From: Eledone cirrhosa
Taxonomy: Eukaryota
Length of the DNA: 64,000 bases
Direction: 5' to 3'
Assembly: GCA_964016885.1 (NCBI GenBank)
Contig: OZ024744.1
Span: 86,180,001 to 86,244,000 of the forward strand
A program made the translations under genes and the position numbers. The notes beneath the pieces are model-generated. The model saw only the letters and a list, made by a program, of their open reading frames with translations. It did no database searches and had not been told where the DNA came from. Within the stretch, counting starts at the first letter, position 1; every line of letters begins with the position of its first letter. This document shows, one piece after another, positions 14,601-30,124 of the stretch.

Positions 14601-17220
14601 GATGGTGATACTCTCTCAAGAAAGCAATTAGAGTAGAATCGATAGAGTTTAGCAGAGAGTTAGCCTTAGAGAAAAACAAAATAGAAAGAGAACTAGTAGC
14701 CAAGTTAGAGGAGGCACTTAGAAGTGGAAACGCGGTTAGAGTGTTAGCGTCGAGAACGGCACTGGACCAGGTCTTCGACGCGAAACACGAAGGCTGCGTG
14801 GTCAGAAGCAAAACACATGTTCTAGGAAACGAAGGAGCGAAAGTTGTCAGCTGGGCCCGAGTGGCGGAGGCAAAAAGGGGCAACAAGTCCACGATTCGGT
14901 CTTTGAAAGACCAAAACGGACGCGTGCTACTTGACCCCAAGCAAATGTGCGCTGCCTTTCAGCAGATCTAGATTGGCTACCCTATGAGCTTTACATAGGC
15001 ATGCCGGACTTGTTCTCTGGCGTCCTCGAAGCCGTCTACTTCAATTGGCAGCAGAACGGGAGAATTCCCAGTTCCGCAGGCAAGGGCGTAGTAAGGCTGA
15101 TCAGGAGAACAAGACGAGAACAAGGGTAACGAAATTAACAACGTCAGGCCCATAATTTTGCTCAACACAGAGTTAAAGATTTTTGCCAAGGTGCTAGCGA
15201 CGAGGTTGGCGCATGCCGTCGAGAACCTGGTAGGGAAAACGCAAACGTGTGCAATCCCGACCAGCTCCATACACGACCACCTTCACCTCATGCGATACAT
15301 CATAGAGAGGGGGAGTAGTAAACCCGATTTCGGTGGGGCTCTGATCAATTTGGATCAGTCTAAGGCATTCGATAGGGTCGACCACGGTTTCGGTCCCGTG
15401 TTCAGAGGCTGGATCAAGGCGATACACACCAGCATCTGCTCGAGGGTCAAGACGAACGGCTACCTATCGCAGCCGTTCGCAATCACGCGTTCCATTCGAC
15501 AGGGGTACCCTCTCTCCTCCATTCTGTATGTATTGACTCTAGAGCCACTACTTCGGAAATTGGAGCTGTTGCAGGGCATCCTTCTAGAACCGTGTGTCCG
15601 CAAAGCGGTGTCGGCCTATGCCGACGACGTGACTAGAATAGTGTCGAGCACCTCGGAAATCGGGGTGATCGGCAACTTACTGAAAGAATACGAAACGCTG
15701 ACGGGAGCAAAACTAAACCCGGACAAGACTGTCGGTTTGCCACTCGGTACGTGGAGAGGCAAACGGATGACGTCCGACAGCGTCGTTGAACGCTGGACGG
15801 ACTGACCGGTGAAATTGCTCGGGGTCTGGTTCGGTACAGACCTCCAGGTGGAGAAAAACTAGAACGAGGTAACGGCCAAGGTGTTTGCACTCACCCAGAA
15901 GTGGGCAGAGTGCAAACTGTCCTTGAAAGGTCGAATGGAGGTGGCGAACACTTTCATAACGTCCGTCATCTACTACCGCTTGACTGTCGTGCCTTGTCCC
16001 CGTGAACATCTCGCCAAGATGGAACGCATGCTCTTCCAGTTTCTGTGGTAGAAGCAGGCTCCGGTGGTGAGGAGATCCGTCTGCTGTCAGCACCCTTCCA
16101 ACAGAGGGCTGGAAATGCCATGGCTGATGATGCGCAAACATGCGCTGAGGCTGCGGCATTTCCCGGTATTCCTCACCGACCCCAACCGGTGTGGGCACCG
16201 TTTGTGACACAGGCTTTCCCACAGCTCGTCTCGCTGACGGAGCTGCAGTCCTGGGTCAAGAAAAGACCGAAAACGATGGGCGCCTGGCAAATTGAACGCG
16301 CTCAGGCGCTCACAGTCCTCTGGCAAGCTGGCGCAGCAATCAGTGGAGACTCCACTTTGACATTCTATAGAGGGATTGTACGTTACAAGGGCGACGACGT
16401 GCTCGGAGAGACTCTGGGCGTCGAAGACGATGAGTTCACCATTCTGCTTGGTAGGACTTTCCGCCCGGGACCTATGGACAACTTCCAGAGGTCCCTGGCC
16501 TGGCAGTGCTACCGAGGAGCTCTACCGGTTCGTGACAAAATCTACAGGCACCACGGACGCCCTGGCAGAGATCCTTCCAAGAGGACATGTCCAAGATGCG
16601 CGCAGGACATTGAAACAGTCCTGCACACGATTGTACACAGCCCGGGCGTAACCGACCTGTGGAACTATGCAGAACAACTGTTGTCGCGTATGGGACAAAT
16701 CCAGTTGACTGCCGAGTCCTTAGTAAGGATCAAACCGCCAGCCTCTTTCAAAAAACGAAAGAGAGGCGGTTTTCCTTTGTACGGTGGCTATCGTGAAAGA
16801 AGTTATTCGGTGGACGATATTGAGAGGACTGAGGACAGATGCCTTTCTCTCCGGACAATTGATTCCCTTCTTTAAGTATCACTTTAGAAGAAGAATCAGA
16901 GTGGAGAGAGAGGCACTGCACCCCAGTAAATTTACTGAAAGGTGGGTGAATGAAGCGAAAAGGGCCCGAGTGATTGGGCCTTCTCTGTTTATAAGTCTGT
17001 AGGTTGAAGAAGAGAGCAAAAGGAAGAAAGGATCACTTGCACAACACGCTCCTGCAGTTGAAGGCTGTTCTATCGACGGGGTATTAAACAACACCTATTG
17101 TGGATTTCGATTGTTGTAATTTTTTGTTTTTATATTTTTTACACGACTGTATGTAAAATCCCTGGCATGTCTTTGTATTGTCCCCTTTTCTTGTGCGCCC
17201 TTGTGGCAAATAAAGAAATA
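11620..17220 (+). mobile_element. Tx1 copy 3, near full length, sister subfamily, more decayed
   Basis: ORF1 ~11829-13713 with intact knuckle CFRCGSTAHLKDSC; ORF2 13757-17002 with VNVRGL, SDHK, YADD; ends GTGGCAAATAAAGAAA then (TATC)n. Confidence 0.92.
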
Positions 17221-18131
17221 TATCTATCTATCTATCTGTCTATCCTTTTATTTTTTGGACGCATAACTGTTTTCTAAATACGAAGATTTATTTCATGTAC
17301 CAGTGAGCCATGTTTCGGGGTCCCTGGATAAAATACGGCGAATATCTTACTCTCAAGATTGGTGTTGAGTAGTCGTTAGCTGTTCCATTACATCTCGTTG
17401 CACTCATACTAATGTCTGATAGATATATTCATTCTGATCGAACAGAGTAGGTAAGTGACTTAGGGACCCAGTATATAGGATAATTCAGCAGTAAGAGTGC
17501 CTAAAGAAATCTAGTGGAAAATAGCCAATAATTCGTCAGACGGCGTTTCCTGACCTGTTGCGCAAATAAGATTTATTTTGACACCTATCTCACCATGTTA
17601 ACACTGGAAAAAATATCGCTGCCGGTCACATCCCAAATTAGAGGTTTGCCACCTCAGAAACTAATAAGTACTCCCCATTTAGGAAGCCGAAATGAGATGT
17701 TACACCATATAAATATTGCTTCTAATCACTAGCCTGCCATTATAAATAATTCAGTGAAAATATTTAGCATATGTTAAAATAAATACACATCGAGAAAATA
17801 GGTACCAGACTGAAATATGTGCTGAGATCGATATGACTAACTTAAAGATGGTGCCCCATATGACCACGATCGATTCACCAACCTAGTAAAACAGTTAAAC
17901 AAAGCAAAAATATTCACTTACACATGTATATATACTGAAAAAATCACACCCAAATACGAGTTCATAGCATAAAACTATTGCTTAATTAGATACTTGTCGC
18001 TAGTCAATACCTATATAAGCACGCACAGACGCAAACACAGATACACAATACACGTGTACATAATAACACACTCACAATCCTGTAATATTTCTCTCTCTCC
18101 CTCTCTTTCTCTCTCTCTCTCCCTCTCCCCC

Positions 18132-18175
<44 letters not shown>

Positions 18176-18199
18176 ATATATATATATAATATATAGTAA

Positions 18200-18298
18200 T
18201 AATAATTGTTTCTACTTAAGGCACAAGGCCAGCAATTTTCCAGTGCATTACTGGTACTTTATTTTATCAACCCCGTAAGGATGAAAGGCAAAGTCAAC
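18200..18298 (-). mobile_element. SINE 3' fragment
   Basis: Family body and tail. Confidence 0.8.
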
Positions 18299-18690
18299 AA
18301 TAATAATAATAATACATTTGAAGACTAAAATCCAAAGAGGGCTCGATAAGGATAAATATATATCAAATATATAAGAACCGTAGAGCAAATATTTATTAAA
18401 ATAACAGATTAAAGTTTAAGCAAATAATCGCTGCTTTCATCCTTAACGGGATCTTCTGAAACTAAAAAAATCAAACTGTGAACGCAGAAGTAAATATTTC
18501 GAATCGCTTTTTTCCTTTCTTTGCCAGGGAATGTTTCCACGAACCAAAGTATCGTCTTCCTGTCTTCCTTCGGTTGCAACGTTTTTCGAAATATTTACTT
18601 CTGCGTTCACAGATTTATTTTTTAGCTTCAGAAGATCCCGTTAAGGGTGAAAACAGCGATTCTTTGCTTAAACTTCAATCTGTTATTTTA

Positions 18691-18698
<8 letters not shown>
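18299..18698 (-). mobile_element. Fold-back element, family A (palindrome + tail; HHR-like core); likely PLE pseudo-LTR derivative
   Basis: Inverted arms 18389-18503 and 18585-18698 containing CAGAAGA-TCCCgttaaGGGT-GAAA; further copies at 36656, 45324 and 56878. Confidence 0.6.
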
Positions 18699-18729
<31 letters not shown>

Positions 18730-18732
<3 letters not shown>

Positions 18733-19230
18733 GTGGATAATGCTAGCTAAGGTGCTTCCATAGGCGGTATGCCAAAATTAGCACTCGATATTCATCAGAG
18801 TAGAGTGTAGATATTATAAAGAAAACGAAAGATCAGTGATGCATCTGGACTTAATTTATTGCGTGTTACAATTGTTTCTCGGCAGGTAGCTCGAGATGTG
18901 ATCAAATTTGCTCCTAACGAAATACTCGTGTCTGAATGAACCTGCGCAAGTAGAATCGGCCGGATCCATACAAGGACCACGTCACGAGCTACCTGCCGGA
19001 GAAACAATTGTAACACGCAATAAATTAAGTCCAGAGGCATCACTGATTTTTCGTTTTCTTTATAATGGAAGAGGGAGTGCGTGGCTCTGATGGTCGCCAA
19101 ACAGCATGAAACAGACTGTTAGCTCCCTCTCTTCTTTCGCCGAAAAGAAGTAAGTGACATTGTCACTACTTTAAAACCGATAGCGTATGGTCTTCAAAAT
19201 GTTTATAATTAAACATACGGTATATTGCCA
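18730..19230 (+). mobile_element. Fold-back element with degenerate hammerhead
   Basis: Inverted arms 18813-18900 and 18978-19066, followed by GAAGAGGGAG..GCT-CTGATGG-..-GAAA-CAGACTG-TT-AGCTCCCTCTCTTC (19068-19134). Confidence 0.55.
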
Positions 19231-19247
19231 AATATACTATACATACA

Positions 19248-19296
<49 letters not shown>

Positions 19297-19299
<3 letters not shown>

Positions 19300-19492
19300 C
19301 GAGTAGGACCCCGACGGTTGAGCTCAAGCGGTTTCGACGGCTAATTCTGGACGCGTCCAGAATTAGCCGTGGAAACGGCTTGAGCTCAGCCGTCGGGGTC
19401 CTACTCGTTCCTATTACCCACTCTACTACCCTAAGTATTGATTACTTTGGTGCGTTATGGTCCACCTGGTTCCTTACCACATTTCCTTCGTT
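19297..19492 (+). mobile_element. Fold-back element, family B (114-bp palindrome + tail)
   Basis: Palindrome 19297-19410 centred on ACGCGT; right arm is an HHR 3' half GAAA-CGGCT-loop-AGCCG-TC; flanked by (TA)n; diverged relative at 19509-19662. Confidence 0.7.
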
Positions 19493-19729
19493 ATATATAT
19501 ATATATATGAAAAGATTCAGAATCCCGGATCAGCTGTCGAAACCGCCAGAGCTCACCCGTCGGGTTCCTCAATCTTTTCATACCAACCACTCTACTACTT
19601 CAAATATCGAGTACTCTGGTGTGTTATGGTCCACTTAGTTTTATTTATCACACCCTATCTGATATATATATATATGTGTGTGTGTGAGTAAGGATTCAGG
19701 ACCCCGACGGCTAAGCTTCGGCCGTTTAG

Positions 19730-22464
<2,735 letters not shown>

Positions 22465-22499
22465 AGTGTGTGTGTGTGTATGTGTGTGTGTAGAATATG

Positions 22500-22543
<44 letters not shown>

Positions 22544-22805
22544 GGAATAGAATGAAACGAAATTCCATGTCTCACTCTTATACGGCACTTACTTAAATGT
22601 AAGTATGTATGAATACGTACATACATATATGTATACAGACGTACAGTAATATATATACATACATGCACACATATATATATGTACGTATTGGTTTAACGAA
22701 CATTTATTATAATGCTTGGTTTGTTTGTTTGTAAACAAACAAACAGCCCAAATTACGCCGTACAGTGTTTAGCCAACCACGTCACCTTTTTGTTCAACAC
22801 TGACA

Positions 22806-22864
22806 CAGGAACGATGTATTAGTTTCAAGCTTATTAGCTATCGTCAGCATCGTATACCTTCCTG
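22806..22864 (-). ncRNA. Type I hammerhead, family C (GTA mutated to ATA)
   Basis: Minus: CAGGAA-ggtat-ACGATG-CTGACGA-TAGCTaataAGCTT-GAAA-CTAATA-CATCGTTCCTG. Confidence 0.7.
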
Positions 22865-23227
22865 CCAGATGGTTGAACGTCTGAATGTATATACTTTCCT
22901 TATGAATATTAAGGGGTGAGCAGCCTAATTTGCATATCGAGTGAGATCAGTCGGCTGGGCTCACCGAAAACGATAAATGGAATAGAATGAAACGAAATTT
23001 CATTTCTCACTCTTAGTACGGTACTTACTTAAATGTAAGTATGTATGTATACGTACATACATATATGTATACAGACGTACAGTAGTATGCATATATATAC
23101 ATACATGCACACATATATATATGCACGTATCGATTTACCGTATCGCTTTACTCGATATGCAAATTAGGCTGCTCAGCCGTTAATATGCATAAGGAAAGTA
23201 TATACTTTCAGACGTTCAACCATCTGG

Positions 23228-23286
23228 CAGGAAGGTATACGATGCTGACGATAGTTAATAAGCTTGAAACTAGTACACCGTTCCTG
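23228..23286 (+). ncRNA. Type I hammerhead, family C
   Basis: CTGACGA 23245-23251, GAAA 23266-23269, ACTAGT stem III, predicted cut after GTA at 23275. Confidence 0.75.
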
Positions 23287-23548
23287 TGTCAGTGTTGAAT
23301 AAAAAGTGTTGAATAAAAACAAATTGAGCATTATAATAAATGTTCGGTAAACCGATACGTGCATATATATATGTGTGCATGTATGTATATATATACATAC
23401 TACTGTACGTCTGTATACATATATGTATGTACGTATACATACATACTTACATTTAAGTAAGTGCCGTACTAAGAGTGAGAAATGAAATTCCGTTTCATTC
23501 TATTCCATTATCGTTTTCGGTGCGCCCAGCCGACTGATCTCACTCGAT

Positions 23549-23556
23549 ATGCAAAT
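23549..23556 (+). promoter_or_regulatory. Octamer motif ATGCAAAT upstream of the family C hammerhead
   Basis: Exact octamer, also at 23157-23164 and on the minus strand at ~22928-22935; function inferred. Confidence 0.35.
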
Positions 23557-23619
23557 TAGGCTGCTCACCCGTTAATATGCATAAGGAAAGTATATACTTT
23601 CAGACGTTCAACCATCTGG

Positions 23620-23678
23620 CAGGAAGGTATACGATGCTGACGATAGCTGATAAGCTTGAAACTAGTACAACGTTCCTG
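23620..23678 (+). ncRNA. Type I hammerhead, family C
   Basis: CTGACGA 23637-23643, GAAA 23658-23661, predicted cut after GTA at 23667. Confidence 0.75.
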
Positions 23679-24021
23679 TGTCAGTGTGAACAAACAGGTG
23701 ACGTGGTTGCCTAAACACTGTACGGCGTAATTCGGGCTGTTTGTTTACAAACAAACAAACCGAGCATTATAATAAATGTTCGGTAAACCGATACGTGCAT
23801 ATATATATGTGTGCATGTATGTATATATATACATACTACTGTATGTCTGTATACATATATGTATGTACGTATACATACTTACATTTAAGTAAGTGCCGTA
23901 CTACGAGTGAGACATGAAATTTCGTTTCATTCTATTCCATTTATATATATATATAGCATATATATATGTAGCATATTCTACACACACACACACTCACACA
24001 CACACACATATATATATATAT

Positions 24022-25560
24022 AAATGGACTCAACACAAACTTACTATTCACAATGGATTACAGCCATGAACATCTCCCTTTCCTCGACATCCTCATCAAG
24101 AAAACAAACAACAAAATAGAAACAGACATATACTACAAACCCACAGACTCCAAACAATACCTTCCATTCAACTCGTGCCACCCTAGACACACCAAAATGG
24201 CAATTCCTTATAACGTAGCCAGAAGGATTTACACAATAGTTTCAGATAAATACACATGCTACACACGACTAGAAGAATTAAAAAACACACTTATCAGCAG
24301 AAACTACCCACCATCCCTTATCAACAATGGATTCCAACGTGCCCTAAAACTCAACACCCAGGAACTCAGACACCTAAAACCCAGGAATGAACCGCAACAG
24401 AAACCTCTACCATACGTCTCCACATACAACCCCCTCAACAATGAGGCATTCGACACCATCCTCCAGAATATTTCTTTACTAAAAAGAGACCCAAGAATGA
24501 ACAAAATCCTCCAAACACACAACACCATAAAGAGCAAAAAACAACCTAAATCCATAAAAAAACATCCTCATACAAGCCAAAATCCAACCAACCCTCACAA
24601 TGAACCCTACAGTAAAAAAATGCGGAAGGCCCAACTGTGGTATATGCATAAATCTAATAGAAGGTTCAGCATTCCATTTTAAGCAAGGACAACATTTCAC
24701 AGTTAAATACAAGTTTACATGTGCATCTGAAAACCTAATCTATGTTTTGATCTGCTCAGGTTGTCGAGAGCACTACATAGGCCAGACAAAAGCAGCCTCC
24801 GACAACGTATGACCATCCATAGATCACAAATCAAAATACAGGAATACAGAAAGATTGCTTTTAGTGAACATATCGCCAATTGTACACCTAACCAACATCC
24901 AAACTTAAAAATTTTTCCCCATTTACAAATTCATAGACATCGCTTTTTTCATCCCTCGTACAATAAGGAACGTACTTCATTAACAAATTCCAACCTCTAC
25001 TCAATGGACTAAACTTCGGACTAAATTAAAACTGGAACGAACATTGAACCAAAACCAAATCCCTACGTTCTCTAAAGAGGTACATCCCTCACACTCTACC
25101 TAATCCTTTTTCTTATATAAATGAATTACCCCCTCTCATTTCTCTCTTACCTACCTGACCACCATGAATTACCTCCCCTTGCATATTAACTCTCTAAAAA
25201 GGGAAATCATATCAAACCCCAGACTACCATTTGCCTCCATTATGGACCATACAAGCGCTCTTGCCATAATAACACATTTTGAACTGCCTATCTTCAAGAA
25301 CTATGCCTGTAAATAATATTATTCTTTCTTTCCCATTACCTTATCATGTTCCACATTACCCCTTTTTTTCTTTTTTCATTTTACTTGTTTGCAAATAATA
25401 TTATTCTTTCTTTCTCATTTCCTTAACATGTTCAACATCACATTATTTTCTCTCCAGCATTTTATACCAATACAAATACCCCCTTTGATAATGCATAAAA
25501 TGCTGAAACCGGTAATAGACAATTATTAAATATATAAATATATAAATAAATAAATAAATA
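24022..25560 (+). mobile_element. Penelope-like element (Neptune-type), 3' part
   Basis: LPFLDILI..TDIYYKPTDSKQYL..SCHP RT thumb, CGRPNCGIC linker, NLIYVLICSGCREHYIGQT GIY-YIG; decayed HHR TTGATAA-TGCATaaaATGCT-GAAA-CCGG-TA at ~25484-25514. Confidence 0.88.
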
Positions 25561-25728
25561 AATAAACAAATGCCATTGTTAATTAAGAAATAAATTAACT
25601 AATACCTTAACACTTCACACAAATTAAAATATTTTGTTTTAAACATTTTCTAACCCAGAAAAAAGAGATAAAAATAAAGGAAGTAATGTATTTTTCTTCC
25701 TAATAATCGTTTTTCTCCCTATTTTCAT

Positions 25729-26020
<292 letters not shown>

Positions 26021-26032
26021 ATATATATATAT

Positions 26033-26320
26033 ATTATTCGCTTGATGAACTCGTCTGTACGTATGATGAGTGTTTTTAGGTAAAGTTTCCTTGAAGGGAT
26101 GGGGATGTTCTTCATGGTGTCATCAAGGTCGAGTTTGGTCAGCATAGTTTCTTGGTGATGGTTATAAGGGGCACTAAGAATGCTAAAAGATAAGTTATTC
26201 CGGATTGAATCGGAGGTAACTACAGTAAGATACTCAATACATAGCAGAGTATAAAAGTTAAAAGGTTTAATATAGAAGAGCTTCTACAGGACTAGAACTG
26301 TTTCATTCATGAGAAATCAT
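26033..26320 (-). mobile_element. PLE 5' end: pseudo-LTR with truncated HHR plus ORF start
   Basis: Minus: GATGA..GAAA-CAGttctagtcCTG-TA-GAAGC then MLTKLDLDDTMKNIPIPSRKLYLKTLIIRTDEFIKRI (Naiad-like N-terminus); homologous to 30651-30780 and 53100-53240. Confidence 0.75.
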
Positions 26321-26329
26321 CTATATATA

Positions 26330-26867
26330 TATGTAAGTATGTATGTATTTATGTATACGTACATACATATATGTATACAGACGTACAGTAGTATGTATAT
26401 ATATACATACAGGCACACACATATATATATGCACGTATCGGTTTACCGAACATTTATTATAATGCTCGGTTTGTTTGTTTGTAAACAAACAAACAGCCCG
26501 AATTACGCCGTACAGTGTTGAGGCAACCACGTCACCTTTTTGTTCAACACTGACACAGGAACGATGTACTAGTTTCAAGCTTATTAGCTATCGTCAGCAT
26601 CGTATACCTTCCTGCCAGATGGTTGAACGTCTGAAAGTATATACTTTCCTGATGCATATTAACGGCTGAGCAAACAAACCGAGCATTATAATAAATGTTC
26701 GGTAAACCGATACGTGCATATATATATGTGTGCATGTATGTATATATATATATATACTACTGTACGTCTGTATACATATATGTATGTACGTATACATATA
26801 TACATACTTACATTTAAGTAAGTGCCTTACTAAGAGTGAGATATGAAATTTCTTTTCATTCTCTTCC

Positions 26868-26871
<4 letters not shown>
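26330..26871. mobile_element. Family C unit in fold-back form
   Basis: 26330-26670 antisense with HHR, 26671-26871 sense 3' part; ends TTCCATT then (TA)n like the other copies. Confidence 0.8.
26556..26614 (-). ncRNA. Type I hammerhead, family C, best-preserved copy
   Basis: Minus: CAGGAA-ggtat-ACGATG-CTGACGA-TAGCTaataAGCTT-GAAA-CTA-GTA/CATCGT-TCCTG; all stems pair. Confidence 0.85.
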
Positions 26872-26918
<47 letters not shown>

Positions 26919-27069
26919 TATATTGAGAGAAATACACAAAGAGGTATGTTTTCGATTATAGGAGATAGAGAACCACTAGAGTGAAGAACATGTTGCTTAC
27001 GAAAGGAAAGGAGAATAAATTAAAATTAAAAGAATAAGTTAAAATGTACAAACCATTCATTAATAACTA

Positions 27070-27601
27070 CTAGCAGAAAAAACACCCTTCGTGTGGTTTT
27101 CTGCTAGCATGTGTGGTGTGTCTATTGATATTATACGCAAATATATATACATGTAGATATGATACATCAAATAAAATCGTAATTGACAATATACACAGAA
27201 ATTGAACGAATACTGCGTTACACTGTCTTATGTAATCAGTAACGTAATCCATGATACATTAAAAAAAGACGATATTATATATAAACTGCATTAGGAGAAA
27301 ATTAGTATGTTTATTTAAGCGATCGCCACCGGAAGTGTTGACATCACACACTCTCTCTTTTTATATATATGGTAGTTGAAGTGGTGGTGGTGGCGACAAT
27401 ATACCGGAAGTGCAACTTTGAAAAGAAGTCAATTTTAAATTATTTATTTTTACGAAATTATTTTTGTTTACGAAATTGAGTAGATAAATTATGTAATATT
27501 CATTCATTATTTATTCAAAGTAATCCAACTTATTTTACTAACGGGATAAAAAAAAATAAACCGTATGCAGTCCCGCAGACCTTCCTTTATTATAGTTTAG
27601 A
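27070..27601 (-). mobile_element. Non-autonomous Helitron
   Basis: Minus strand starts A|TCTAAACTATAATAAAGG and ends in a hairpin + CTAG|T; no TSD; homolog at 51467-52222. Confidence 0.75.
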
Positions 27602-29752
27602 TTACACCTGGACATGCTCTAACAATAGCAGGTTTCGCCACAAAAAGTGTAGATTCAACATTATAGAGGGCTTATCAACAGGTGGACTACAATATGCTCT
27701 ACACTTCTAAAATATATTAGATAACTAAAATGTGCACATGGTGAAGAGAGAAAACACGCGCTTTATGCAGCCCATGGTGACGTGAATGGACCAAAAGAGC
27801 GCTAAAACAGCAGCTCAGAACCATTCAACGTAAGAAGCTCTACTTATATATAGAAATTAATTAGGATCCAATATATCAAATAAAAAACTGAGTTAAAGAC
27901 AGGTTATCCCCTATAATTTAACGAGTTCTTTACAGAATAAACATTTGAAAGCCTTTAGCTATGAATTTTGGAAGCTGATGGCTAGTGCCACCAGGTGGGT
28001 TCCAGCAGAAGCAAGAGCGGGTAATCTGCCGACAGCCGACTGTTTCTGACTACGGTCGTAATCAAACCAGTGCTCACGCTCTCTTCTCTCTGTTGGAATC
28101 CAATGAAAGCGAAAGCATATAGTTTTGTTGCCTGTGTAAGATGGCAAAAGAAACAACATTAAGGAAATGATGAAAAACAAGGGCAGTGAGAGCGTAGTTA
28201 ATTTCAAAAATAATCTTTTTGTGACCTCCATGCAGACGCAACATGGACAAATGGTCAGGTCTAGGATTTGATCCCACTGTGTGGCACCATGTGTCGACAC
28301 ATATCTTGTTAGTCTTGTCAGCGGAACTCAGTAGGCTGATGCTGTTTGGAAGACCGACATATAAGACTGTACTTTGTAATTATTACAGACTCTGAGAATT
28401 TCGTTAAGAGTACGCATATCTGTAGAATTCTCAGGGACAAGCACTAATAATATGAGCAGAATGTTCCATTGATTGAAAAATTAGATGACTCATCATCGAA
28501 ACAGACGGATGTCTATTTCAGCCTCCGTGTGCTGCATACTTCACAATATATTGCATCTTCAATAATGGACGCTTTTTAACAATCAGTTGTTAAATGCCCT
28601 CTCTCACAGACTGATATTTATTTTTTCAGTGGAACAGATAGTGCTATAATTTTACTGGATAGTCTCCACAAGAACATAGAACTAATTCTATATGCCCTGT
28701 TTTTTGTTGTTGTCGTTGTTGTTTTTTTTTGATAATATATAGTTTAAGGGTGTATGACCTGTTCGAAGTCAACAAAGTCTTTGTTTATTAAACTTATTCA
28801 GTATCTGTTACGTTTTAACCGTTGACAGTTCTGGCTGAGATAATGTAGGATTGAAATTTAATATCTTATCACTAGATACTTTCCTAAATATTTTCACCCT
28901 CAACTAATTATGTTATTGTTGAATGATTTGAACTGTGATACATTTGGAAAGTAATTTATATCTATTATTTCCCTTTGCATTCCCTATTTTTCGAACTCCT
29001 CTACTTTCCCGTTTCTGTGTATGGCCTAGTAAACAAATAATTATATTTTGTATATTGTTTTCTGATAGATAATCAATTTTTAGCTGAATACACTAAATTT
29101 TTATACCCCAAGCTTTTTCTCTAGATGAGAATATTTCTAGATTCTATGAAATACACTAAGCCTGCTGAAGGGGTTGATATAAGTGTAGGGTGGAAAATTT
29201 ATAATTTTATATACAATGACAACGAAAGTACAATGGGGGTGTGTGTAAATCAGTCACTCGAGGAGCAACATTTTGAAGTCACTGTTAAATGTAAATAAAA
29301 TCCCTATTGTGTGTTGTGTGCTTAGTTTGCGCATGCGTTACATCCGGGTGTGTATGTTTATATTTATTTGTTTATGTTTATTTACTTGTTCTATCTGTAT
29401 ATGTCTGATTTGTTTTGTTAGTTTGTGTTTTTGTGTGTATCTGTATGTCTTCATTTTGTCCTTAATCACTAGTTCTGGTGTTGCTATTCCATTCATGTCT
29501 TCTGTTTAATTTTGGTTGGAGTTCGTTTATATTTGTTGCCTCTGTGATTTGTCTGAGCATTGCATCTTTTATGTGTGTTTGTATAATTTTTATCTGTATG
29601 TTCTCTAATGTGACCCTATGTTCTATTTTGGCATGTTGGTGGTGTACTGATGAGTTCTTCCAATCCTGGAATTCTCATCAGTGTTCACAGCACACAACAC
29701 AGAACACACAAAAACAAGACAGAACAAAGGAGAGACACAAAATAAAAACCTA

Positions 29753-29795
29753 GTCACTGAGGACGTCACAGAATGTGTGACGAAAGAGCTTTGAC
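29753..29795 (+). ncRNA. Minimal hammerhead in a probable PLE pseudo-LTR (~29270-29870)
   Basis: GTCA-CTGAGGA-CGTCACAgaatgTGTGAC-GAAA-GAGC-TT-TGAC. Confidence 0.65.
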
Positions 29796-30124
29796 AATAT
29801 ATAAACAACCTTCCGGTGATCCAACCAGCCAACCAACCGGAAACTTATAATAAATTGAAGTGAAAACCAACATGTGCGTGTGTTTTTTTTGGCAATATGA
29901 CCCTCCCAAAGTATAACAATATCTGTTTCAACACAAGTTTTCAGATAAGAAATCTCGCAAAACAAATTCAAAAACGAATCCTTTATTATAACATTCTATA
30001 TAAGGATGGAACAAAAGGATGAAGTCGTGATCTACCACGTGGAAACAAATTTTGCGCTTTCATATTCGGCAAAGCCGGCCGTAAAATCGCTCGGTATGCA
30101 AATGAGACTAATCCACCGATATAC

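Noticed and set aside
27950-28700. Possible host exon or LINE endonuclease remnant (THGATQWDQILDLTI on the minus strand)
   Set aside because: Only one weak motif amid many stops; cannot be assigned
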